DNA of 60,536 nucleotides. It comes from Corallochytrium limacisporum Hawaii (Eukaryota; Protista; Pluriformea). Under the pieces are notes generated by a model, which was given only the letters and a program-made list of their open reading frames with translations, searched no databases and had not been told where the DNA came from. The stretch covers positions 1-60,536 of the forward strand of contig PDIP01000151.1 of NCBI GenBank assembly GCA_002811645.1, written 5' to 3'. This document shows, one piece after another, positions 22,694 through 34,057 of the stretch; the first letter of the stretch is position 1, and the number at the start of each line of letters is the position of its first letter. Position numbers and translations under genes: made by a program.

Positions 22694-24332
22694 GATTCCA
22701 AGTGAGAATAAACGAAGATTGGAGGTCTCCACTCGACGAAGCATATTCTGTTCATCATCATTGTGCACTATGATCAGAAAAATACCTGATCTTTAAATCG
22801 GACAGGTGCGGACGGACCATGGTGGACCACCAACCACGAGAATCACGCACATCGCCCCAGAGAATGGTAGTATCGTGAGGCCAACTGAGTGCCCCAGGCC
22901 CGGCATTCCTGAAGAATCAACAAAGCCACTGTTTAGTGTTCCTGTCCAGTACTGCGTAGAATTGGTACTACACAATACTGAATATATATATATATATATC
23001 GCCATCAATGTGGTGCTAATACCATTCTGACAACACGGCTTCGCTGTGGCTGTATACACATATGCTGAGTATAGGTGGGTTCTCGGACGTGTGGTGAGGG
23101 CCAGTATGATTACCGGAAGGGGTGTGCATGCCATCCGGCTCCATTTCCTCTCTGGGGATGACAGTGTACTAAGTAAGGGGCCGGAGGCAAAACATATACC
23201 GGCAGGTACAGGCCCCGTCAATGACAAGTCCGAAGGCACCGGCTGGCAGGTACGTGTCAATTCTATCCTTCATTTGAAAGAAAAGTCAATTCGAAGCCGT
23301 CCGGTTATGCACCATGAGGGCGTACTGTGCGCGCACCAAAGCAGCTCTTCGTGAAACATTGGATTCAAGAATCTGATGGCATTGTACAGGAAGTCCCTGG
23401 TATGTATGGTACACAGTGGCAAGTCCAAAGTGCGCGCTGTGTTTCAGCCTTCTCTGGCCGGGGCGTGCAGCGAGCAGGTGCTTGTCGACCAAGACGCCCC
23501 ACAACGTGTTGATTACTATTGTGGGCAGCAGCACGTAAAGGAAAGGCAGAGGAGAACAACGTGAGGAAGTAAAGTTTTTTCAGCCCCGCAAGCACAGTTG
23601 GGGCTGGTACTTCGGAAACTGGAGGATAGGGGACGCGCGACCAGATGTGAGGAGAGTTGGTCTGCTATCTGTCTGCCCGGCTGCTGCCTATTGATCTCAG
23701 GCACGAACGGTCTACTGCATTGATTCGGCGAACGGCTTACTAGTTTGTTTTGGACCGGGGTACCATTGGACTCCTCCGCGGAGGCCAAACCTCCCAGGCC
23801 CAGGGGCCCGGAAAGGGCGCCTTCTACATTCACTGCCATGATTATAAATTATACGTAATATTGGAAAATATTTGCTGTCTACCAATTTGAGTTTTAAAAT
23901 TGATAATTAGATATACGTATCTTACGAATATTGCAGTAATCGTCTACAGTCAGGCGGGGACCCGCTTCTGTAGGTAGCTCGCGGTGGTCGTCCTGGGGTC
24001 AGCAGGCTCCATCATCTTTGTGATCAAAGTATGGACGTGTTGAAATTTGGGTGAAGCCATACGTCATATTTGGAAATGGAGATCATCTTTTTGTGAGTTG
24101 ACGGATTGATCCCTCACTGGTCTGGCCAACAAAATGTCTCACACAGAACTTTGCTCTTCTTCAACTGTTGATGGACTACTACGTGGGCAGTATGGAACTG
24201 TCTTGTTGTTCTCTCACTCTCTCTGCCCACGCGAGTTCTACCAGGACTGATCCCCCCCCCAACACACGAGCGACCCGAGACTGGCTCTGCGGCAGAGTGC
24301 TGGCCATTCTCCTACTTCGAAGATTCTGTAAA

Positions 24333-24387
24333 AGTATAATTATATATGCCAATTAGTTTAAATATGTCCGTATATATTTCATCCTCG
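24333..24387. promoter_or_regulatory. Second copy of the AT-rich island motif
   Basis: AGTATAAT...GTCCGTATATATTTCATCCTCG, in the divergent SOD1/rhodopsin-cyclase intergenic region. Confidence 0.4.
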
Positions 24388-25437
24388 GCAGCTTCCTCTA
24401 AAGTACCTTTGGTGCGTGTTGTGTTATATTGCGTTATCAAAATTCAACAAATGTTTCGTCTGCTCGCAAATGTTGCGACTCGGTTCCAGTGTTCGTGCTT
24501 AGTAGTAGTGTAAGCGCAGTGACATATAAACTAGACTCGCCAAGAAGGAAAACACTTTCCTGGTCCCGACGACTTCTGCGGTACACGGACTGGGTCAGAG
24601 AGTGCCCGGTCGAGTGGGTGCCGTGGAACCGAACCGTGTAACGCGGCTCTCTTTCCGGTCGCACAAAATTGTGCGAGGTAGGACGAAGGAAGCCCCAGGA
24701 CAACAGTGCAAGCCTAACTGTTGGGGTACACAGATCTCGACCCACAGGCCGGCGACTCTTCTCAGCGACCAACCCACCCCCCCCCCCTCCCCCTTTACCT
24801 CCCGCGCGGCTTGGAGCCCACCGAGAGAAAGTGTGAAAACGGCGGAGGAGGGAGTGGGGGGGACACGGCCGGGAGAGATCCGTGCGCTGACGGCAAGTGG
24901 GTTTGTGTTGAGATCAAAGAAAGGGGACGGGGTGTATACGAAAAAAGCACAAAGAAGAAAAGGGGAGAGAGAGAGAAAGCGGGTGGGACGGCAAGCGCGG
25001 ATCGCGTTGGTGACCGTTCTCGGAATCCTTGACAGGTGAAGAAACGTGGTATGAACAAGGGTCGTGTACTACTCAGCAGATGGGGAAAAGTTGACTTGAA
25101 ACAGACAACCGCGCAAACAGTGGTGCCCTGGAGCCAAAACTGGTCTCCGTGCTATTTAAAAAGAAGACCTGCACATGATGCGGAACGCAATCTAACCTTG
25201 AGCTACTAAGAGCTAGGTAGTACAGGTTGTGTGCTACATAACATTTGCTTCTCGTTTCTATCGAACTCAATGGACGTGTCACAGCCACATTGATCCTAGT
25301 CACCCTTCAAACCATACCGCTCTGAATAGGGGACATCCCGAGCTTGCATTGTCCACTAGGATGAAAGTTCACGGTTGGTGGTGACCAAAAGGGAGACAGC
25401 CGCATCGGACTGTAACTTTTCGTACCTCCTGTCCGTT

Positions 25438-26979
25438 ATGAGCGGTGACCCAAGGAAAGTTTCCGGCTCCATGAGCCAAGTGGGCTCCCAGCCCGACCTT
25501 GTTTTCAAGAACAATAGAAGATGGTTCGGGACTTTCATGGTTGTCAATATGGCCGTCTGGGCCCTTTGTGTTGCCGTGCTCTGCCCCATGGAGACTCAGG
25601 TCGTCCTTGAAGAGTTTCTGGACCGCAGCACCTACCGGCGCCTGTACACGGCCTATGGCTACTCCGTCACTGTCTTTGCTCTAGCTCTATGCTTTGATAT
25701 TGTTGGCTGGGTCACCGCGATGAATGAGGAGAAGCGTGCTTTCTCCCAGGTACTGATGGGTGTCTATGTGATTGCCCTGACCACATGCCTGCTGCACACG
25801 TTCAACACCGCTCCCGTCTTCATGAGCCCTTACGGTGTGCCCTTTCAGCCCAGCCGTATCCTGGAATGGATCTTTGCTTGCCCCGGCCTTATTGTTTTGA
25901 TGCATTGCCTCACAATGCCCCCCCAGGATGTCCGTTGGACCATTGCTGCTGACTACCTTGTCGGTATCCTAGGTTTTTTAGCCACCTGGCTGCCCAATCC
26001 ACACAACTACTACTTTCTTGTCCTTACCGTTATGGCCTTCTTCAAAGTCATCTTTGACATTTGGAACATGTTCAGCCAGGCCATTGAAGCCACCAGTGAC
26101 CGCCCCATCAACAAAAACGTCTTGAAGTTTCTGCGCATTCAGTGTGTCGTTACCTGGAGTGCCTTCCCCATCGGATGGTTCACGGCTGCCACTGGCAAGA
26201 CTGACCTGCTGGTCACGGAATCCCTGTATATCGTAGCTGACTTTGGGGCGAAAGTCCTACTTTCACTAGTGCTGGTGAACTGTAATGTTGATCAGATGCA
26301 TCAGTTCGAAACCAACAAACTGACCAAGATGTCCAAGGCCCTCAACGCCCAACTAGAAAAGAGCGAAAATTTGTTGAACTCGATGATGCCCGCTTCTGTT
26401 GTCAAACAGCTCACCTCTGGCGGGAATGTCGATTCCAAGGAATACGATGAAGTTACGGTCTTCTTCTCCGATATTGCAGGCTTTACTTCCCTATCCAGCC
26501 GCACTCCGCCTGCAAAGATGATCTCCATGCTGAACAGAATGTGGCAGGAGTACGACACCATAGCTAAGGGACACAACATGACCAAGATTGAGACCATCGG
26601 TGATGCCTTCCTTGGCGTGACCGGCTGTCCCGACCGTGACCACAAGCATGCCCAGAGCGCGGCAAACTTCTCCTTGGAGATCCTGGCCATGATTAGGGAG
26701 TTTCGCACTGAAGACGGTGAACCAATCCAGATACGTATTGGTCTGGCCACTGGATCGGTAACCGGTGGTCTGGTCGGAGATGTTTGCCCCCACTGGTCTA
26801 TCGTCGGTGACACGGTGACTCTGGCCTCTAAGATGGAGTCCACCTCTGAGCCCATGCGCATCCACGTCAGCGATTCTACAGCCAAATTCCTTCATGAGGA
26901 TTACAACATAGCTCCAGGGAATCCCTTCGAATTTAAAGATCGTGACATCAAGACATATTTCCTAGATGGTCGCAAATAA
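25438..26979 (+). CDS. Rhodopsin-guanylyl cyclase (CyclOp/RGC family; 8-TM type-1 rhodopsin + coiled coil + class III cyclase)
   Basis: First ATG at 25438 (513 aa). TM3 RILEWIFACP, TM6 TWSAFPIGW and TM7 ADFGAK (retinal Lys at 26251-26253); linker LLNSMMP; cyclase motifs VTVFFSDIAGFT, KIETIGDA, IRIGLATG, PHWSIVGDTVTLASKMES. Confidence 0.93.
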   Translation: MSGDPRKVSGSMSQVGSQPDLVFKNNRRWFGTFMVVNMAVWALCVAVLCPMETQVVLEEFLDRSTYRRLYTAYGYSVTVFALALCFDIVGWVTAMNEEKRAFSQVLMGVYVIALTTCLLHTFNTAPVFMSPYGVPFQPSRILEWIFACPGLIVLMHCLTMPPQDVRWTIAADYLVGILGFLATWLPNPHNYYFLVLTVMAFFKVIFDIWNMFSQAIEATSDRPINKNVLKFLRIQCVVTWSAFPIGWFTAATGKTDLLVTESLYIVADFGAKVLLSLVLVNCNVDQMHQFETNKLTKMSKALNAQLEKSENLLNSMMPASVVKQLTSGGNVDSKEYDEVTVFFSDIAGFTSLSSRTPPAKMISMLNRMWQEYDTIAKGHNMTKIETIGDAFLGVTGCPDRDHKHAQSAANFSLEILAMIREFRTEDGEPIQIRIGLATGSVTGGLVGDVCPHWSIVGDTVTLASKMESTSEPMRIHVSDSTAKFLHEDYNIAPGNPFEFKDRDIKTYFLDGRK

Positions 26980-27121
26980 GGCCAGGATGTAAACAGAAAA
27001 CCATGTTTTGTGATGCTGATTCGGCTTTAATACATAGTGACAAAAAAGGGTCTTTTTTTTGTAAGGGATATTCATGGCTAAACGGACGAAGAACAGTTTA
27101 GCGAATGGGACAATTTGCAGA

Positions 27122-28297
<1,176 letters not shown>

Positions 28298-28694
28298 TTA
28301 TCTAATGTCACAGTCTCAATGACGAATAGTTCATAGGCTTCGCACTTCACAAGAATGCCGATTGAGGTGCACCTAAGTACCCTACGCACTCACGCACTGT
28401 GCGTACGTACTACACACAAAAGAAGGGACAAATCCCATTAAAGTTTGGTACAGGGCTCCGACTGCCTCTTCCAAGGTCACACGCGTCGCTTACTCCAAAC
28501 CGCCGCGAAGGAAACGCACGTTCAATTTTGTCCACCCACCAGAACTAGCAAGGTCTACGAAGCGAGTTAGAAATGCCACCATCCAAACACGAAACAATGG
28601 GCCATGTAACGCCCCAAGATAAATACAAAAATGGACAAAGAACGGGGGGGGTTCCAAGTGTTCTCAATGGATGAGACAATGGGGCGCGCGACGC

Positions 28695-28730
28695 GTGTGT
28701 GTGTGTGTGTGTGTGTAGAGAGAGAGAGAG
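28695..28730. repeat. Compound (GT)n(AG)n microsatellite
   Basis: gtgtgt... followed by agagag... read directly from the sequence. Confidence 0.9.
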
Positions 28731-31695
28731 CGCAGAGATGCCTCGAGAGTGGAGTGCGCACTGCTGGCCTCTCCCCCTGTCTCCAACCTCCCCCTCTCTC
28801 GCTCTCTCGCTCCCCTCCATCGTTGGATTTGGTGCCCCGAAATTGGCGGGTATTTTATGGTGCAATGTTCGTACATTTACTACCGAAGGCCAGGGCCCAG
28901 CCACAGCGGAGGTGCTGGGTGGGTTCCACCCCTCCTCTGCCGGGAACACACTCCCTCTGAGGGACTCCGAGTTTTTTTTGTCTTTGCACCAAACCCCGGG
29001 CGTCTGGGGTTCTAACGGTCCGCCTCCCCTCTCTCCCTCTTCCCTTCCCCCCCCCCAACCCCGCGGGGCAGCCCTCTCCCTGAGAGAGAGAGGGGCAGAG
29101 AGACTCGGTAGACCCCCCCCACCCAAGCGGAAAGCAGAAACGAAAACCCAACCAAAAAAAAAAAGAATAGAAGGGGGGAACAAAACAGAGAAACTGAAAC
29201 CGACAAAAAAAAACAAAATGAAAAAGAGAAGGGTAGCGGTAGCGCGCCCTGAACAGCCAAGGAAAGAAGAATTCCAAAAAAAAAAAGCCCGGCAGTGCCG
29301 CCCGGGGCCGAATTTTGAAGCGCAAAGGGGACATAAAGAATTGAAACGGAAAAGAGGGCCGCCGCTACCCTAATCGATTCCAATTTTGGTGGAAAGCCGT
29401 CGTCTTTGGTTTCAATAGTATATATATTATATACTACGTAGAGACTGTGGGAATTTTCACCGGGCGCAGAGACCTGTCTCCTGCTCTGCGACTGCTCAGA
29501 GCGGCGCCCTTCGACGTTTCCTAGCCCCACCCCCCGGCGGGGTCGGTAGAGGAGAGCGAATGGCGGGTGGCCGGCCGTCCCTACCCGCACGGCTCCCCTC
29601 GTCGGCAGGTCCCGAAAGTCCGTACTGGAAGTATGGACCCGGGGAGGAGAGAGAAGGGAAAGCAGGGGAAAGAGAAAAAAGAGAGGGCCGAGACGAGCGG
29701 AGAAAATATTTTGCAGCCCGCCGGCTGGGCACCCATTCCTGGGCCACCGCTTAATTGGGCCAAAGGCGCCCCCGACTCCCCCCTCCCCCGGCCCCCAAAA
29801 GCAAATACAAATGCTATATTACCCAAGCACCCAGCCCAGTTCTCCCTGCTCCCCCAAAATAAGAAAAGAAAAAATGGGGGAGAGAGAGAGAGAGAGCTGA
29901 AGAGGAAAACGGCCTTTTTGAGTGCCCGTTCACCTCAAAACGGCTGCGCTTCCCTCTTCTTTTCCTAAAACAAAAATGCCTTACTCCTCCTACGCGGGGC
30001 GGGCATACTCTCCTCCACGCAGAAAATGATGCCGTCGCGCGTAAGCCATAACGGGGCAGCTGACGTCCCCGATTTAAATATTGAATACGCTGAAAGCACT
30101 GTTGCGGAGGGTATTTCTTCCGTCTTTGAATTTTCCATTTTTTTTCTCTTTCTTTTGTTCAGTACCGGCAAGAACCTCGGCGTGGGGGCTTTTGCTCTTG
30201 GGGGTTTCTCCGGTCGAGCAGGTTCACCACCGAAAGATAAAGCGACAGCGGCACGGCGCACACACACACACACAGCCAGAAAGAAAACGTACAGAAGAAA
30301 CAACGAGGAGAAGGAAACCCCCAGCGGGCGCTGAGTGTTGGGTTTGGCTGAGTGTGTGGGAATGGAAGGAACACATGGAGGAAAAAAATTGAGAACGCGC
30401 CGAAACTATTCAGACACATGAACGGCGAGTACAGCACTTGGGCGCGCGCCCCCACACGCACAGTTGGGACAGCAGACAGCCAGACATCGCTGCAGAGCGC
30501 GCGTGTCGCCTGATTTGAAGATCGAACGTGCTTGGCCTGCGCGGCCAGTTTGGACACCAGTTCGCATGATGTTGATGTCCATCGGTACCGAACCACCGAG
30601 CTGCATTCCTAGGGTCAGAGGAATTCCTGATTCATCTGACCAAGTCTGCGTACACATGGGAGCATTTTTTTGGCATCGTGATCCGGCCCAGTGTTGCAAC
30701 ATTTTCTGACTAAACCGTTTTATACCGGTCACCATATACTGGGGGCCCCATACAAACTGCCGACACTGCAAAAACACCGGAAGTTTGTTGTCGAATGTGG
30801 GTGCCATCAGTACTCACTTTGGTGGCGGTGCGCTGCAGAGTTCTAAATTGCCAATTGCTTGTATGGATGGGAAGGAAATGGTTAGTAATGACAGATGAGG
30901 ATGGATACGTATCATCCCCGGCCATGCATCGTGATCAGCAGCCTGCATAACAACGGACCCACAGACCCCACAAATAAAGTCAACAGTTCAATTTGCTGCC
31001 ATCATCGTCGCTCATCATCATCCGCCGTAAGAAGTCATATGTTCCGCTCTCCTGTCCAGTTCTCCTAAACCGTAACATGTGCGTTGCTGACCATTTGGAA
31101 AGACTCAAGGAAGTCACCGCCCACTCAATCAAAGACTGCGGCTTCCGCACTGTGCGGCATTGCATATCAGTCTGGGAACGCGAAGTAACAGCCTGGAGGC
31201 TCTCATCTCAGTAGGATGCATCATACAGTCTGCACAATCTGACTGTTGGTCGGTAGCACGAAGTAGAATCCTCGTTGCCCTTCCGAGGATGCGCCTTCGA
31301 TGACCGTTTGATGAACCTAAGGCACTGCAGCGATCGCATATATCATGGTGGAAGCGCTTTCCAGGAGGTGCGGCTCCGCTTCTCGTGGGAATTGGAGCAG
31401 GAGTACGCGGTTTAAATCCCCCCGGGGCCATTTCCTTCCAAAGCTGTCAACTCCCCGTCTCTCCGGTTCGTAAAATGAGCCCTAATATCTTCTTTTTTAA
31501 CCCGTACAATTATGTTGGTAGCAGATGTCCCACTCTTCGAAGTTTGCAAACAAGAGTCCGGATTGCTGATTACGTCAGCAAGGGTGATGGTGCAGCATGA
31601 CCAGCAATGACATGGTACAAGTGTCTCTATTACGAAAGCTTCAATGATGCTAATTACAATGACGCTTTGAGTGGCCGAGAGGGATGCCTTTCTCC

Positions 31696-32481
31696 CTATG
31701 ATGACGCAGAGGAAACGGGGACGATGTAGTCCGGGGATGTGTAACCGAGGATCTCGGCAGATCCATGCGCGCGGATAACATAATCAATTTGGGTCTCAAA
31801 GGTCAGACGCATAATGGTGTCTCGGTAGAAGGCAAGGGCAAAATCAACATCAAGCCCGTACTTGGATGACTTTTCGATTACGCTCTTGTGGACCCGTTCT
31901 TCCTGCTCGTAGTCTTTCATGAGCTCTAACAATTTGCTCATTTCACCGCTGTTTAAGGCCGCATCGTACGCTGCACGATTCTTTTGATACTTAATTTCAA
32001 TCAGAACCATGCCGTAGTGTACCCGCTGTGCGATCGCTTGGATGACCAGGGTGTCACGCACACACGTGTCCGCGTAGCGGCCATCGTCGCCATCCTTGCA
32101 GAATTTGGGGAGAGCATCCAGGTACGCGTTCAGGATGGCTTGTGTGGCATTTGACCTCAGATCGAAAAGGACACCTCCATTTTCATTACTGTCATACTTC
32201 CGCTGCGCCTCCGTGTTCTTAAGTTTCGCTGGATCCGTGATGAAGAATGGGACCTCGTCCGCACATTTGTATCGCCCTGCTGCCGCGTGAACGAGCTCTG
32301 TACCTTCTGCAATAAACTTGAAGTATGATCCATGGTATTCACCAATCTCAACATCACATGGAGGCTCCTGATACACAAGCGGATTGTGTACAAAGTTGGA
32401 GCGCTCCACCAGTGTGCGGATGATGGTGTCTTCGAGATGACTCAAGACCCCACGTCCCGTCTCCAGTGTCAGTGTCGTCAT
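31696..32481 (-). CDS. ARO7: Chorismate mutase, eukaryotic AroQ-beta (ARO7) type
   Basis: First ATG at 32481. RGVLSHLEDTII..LVERS, HAAAGRY...DEVPFF, AQRVHYG...EIKY and LTFETQIDY align to the yeast Aro7 catalytic R16/R157/K168/T242 positions, with Gln at E246. Confidence 0.85.
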   Translation of the reverse strand: MTTLTLETGRGVLSHLEDTIIRTLVERSNFVHNPLVYQEPPCDVEIGEYHGSYFKFIAEGTELVHAAAGRYKCADEVPFFITDPAKLKNTEAQRKYDSNENGGVLFDLRSNATQAILNAYLDALPKFCKDGDDGRYADTCVRDTLVIQAIAQRVHYGMVLIEIKYQKNRAAYDAALNSGEMSKLLELMKDYEQEERVHKSVIEKSSKYGLDVDFALAFYRDTIMRLTFETQIDYVIRAHGSAEILGYTSPDYIVPVSSASS

Positions 32482-33117
32482 CTTCCTTTTCACTAATTCG
32501 CAACCCTGACGCAAACCAAGAAAATACCGTACGTTAATAACCTACAATTGATTATTACGTCCAAGAGCCTCACTAAATAGCAAGAAAACACGTGTGTCCT
32601 GCGTGCACGAACCTTCCAAACAAACAATCCGTGTCAGGTAGGCCTTCCACAGAGGGAACTCCCGAACTCCCGGAGGAAAGCGAAGGGCTATTTCTTCCTT
32701 ACTCTGACACAAGGAGGTCCCAAAGCCGGTACCCACCCAATTTACACGTACTGGCGCTTCTACCCTACACGTACCTTCCGTACATTAATTTCGGAACACC
32801 TCGAGGTCGGAGTTTCGCGTTCTAAGATCCGGTACCCATCCACTGGTTTTCTTGCGGTGATTAAGGCGAGTTTCGTAGGTCCCTTGTCTGAACATTTAGA
32901 CTGCGTAGGGGGCGCAGGCCGTTGCGTTCGGATGAAGAAGTGTTGTATCATCACATGAGCGGGGAGGATGGGCGGCGATGGTAGTTCAAACCTTTACATA
33001 ACGCAATGGTCTAATTCTGTAGTACTGCTGTGATTTAATCTTCGTCACGTCTTGTGAAAAGTAAGCGTAAAATGCAGAGGATTTCGTAGAAGGAGCCAGC
33101 GCGGGCACCACACAACT

Positions 33118-33990
33118 ATGCCGCCGAATGCGGACCATCTGGACAGCTACCAGACAATGGGATATGCGTCACCGATCCATGTCCTCAGCCAGGAAAATGC
33201 TTTAGAATATAGACACAAGCTAGAGGATCTAGAAATACAGATCGGTGAAGAAGACTCGTCGAGTAAGACGTGTAGGAAGTTGCTGCGAGGAGACTATCGG
33301 TTTAAGGTGCACCTGCTGGCGGATTGGGCCTACGAACTGGTGACTCATCCGCAACTGCTCACAGCAGTACGCAAGGCTTTGCAAACGGAAGACATTATGG
33401 TCTGGAGCAGTGACTTTAATATAAAAGAAGCAAACAGCCAGGGCTTCTTCAGCTGGCATCAAGACAGCACCTACGCGGGCATGTCGGATGACAACAAGGT
33501 CGTGACGGCGTGGCTGGCGCTCAGCCCAAGCAATCGCAGCAGTGGTTGCGTCCGAGTTCTTCCGAGGACTCATCTGAGCCAGTTGCCACACAACGAAACC
33601 TTTGGTCAAAACAACATGCTTAGTAGGGGCCAGGCCATCAAGGATGCGGATTTAGACTTAGAGTCGGCGGTGTCGTTGGAATTGTTGCCGGGTCAGGCGT
33701 CATTACACCATTTTCGGTGTGTGCACGCATCTGATGGTAATATGTCAAACGACCGCAGGATTGGCCTTGCCATTCGGTACATGGCCTGTGATGTCGCCAA
33801 GGAGCGGGTGAAGGAGAAAGAAAGTGCAATGCTGTGCCCGGGTAGTACTGATAGGTACAACAATTTCATTCGCGAAGACCCGCCGGATGGATATCTGACG
33901 GCGGAGAACCGGATTCGCCACCGGGAGGCTATGGATCGAGAGAACGCAAATTACTTTGATAAGAGTGATATCAAAGAATACAAAGTCTAA
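33118..33990 (+). CDS. PhyH-family Fe(II)/2-oxoglutarate dioxygenase
   Basis: WHQD (HxD), TAWLAL, SGCVRVLPRTH, PGQASLHH..VHAS..N.SNDRRIG (distal His and 2OG-binding Arg). Confidence 0.9.
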   Translation: MPPNADHLDSYQTMGYASPIHVLSQENALEYRHKLEDLEIQIGEEDSSSKTCRKLLRGDYRFKVHLLADWAYELVTHPQLLTAVRKALQTEDIMVWSSDFNIKEANSQGFFSWHQDSTYAGMSDDNKVVTAWLALSPSNRSSGCVRVLPRTHLSQLPHNETFGQNNMLSRGQAIKDADLDLESAVSLELLPGQASLHHFRCVHASDGNMSNDRRIGLAIRYMACDVAKERVKEKESAMLCPGSTDRYNNFIREDPPDGYLTAENRIRHREAMDRENANYFDKSDIKEYKV

Positions 33991-34057
33991 AAAGTTACAA
34001 AGTGACTTGTATGTGGATTCGATTTAATTTTTAGTATATTGTTCAAGCGCTTGTCTA

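Noticed and set aside
28545-30400. ORFs of 150-224 aa and dense homopolymer (A/C/G) runs that might suggest G-quadruplex or repeat elements
   Set aside because: Low-complexity sequence resembling poor-quality read tails or gap-fill next to microsatellites; the same texture flanks the N gaps, so base-level patterns are not trusted.
30406-30807. QTGRAG in a minus-strand ORF resembling helicase motif VI
   Set aside because: Isolated short match with no other helicase motifs nearby.
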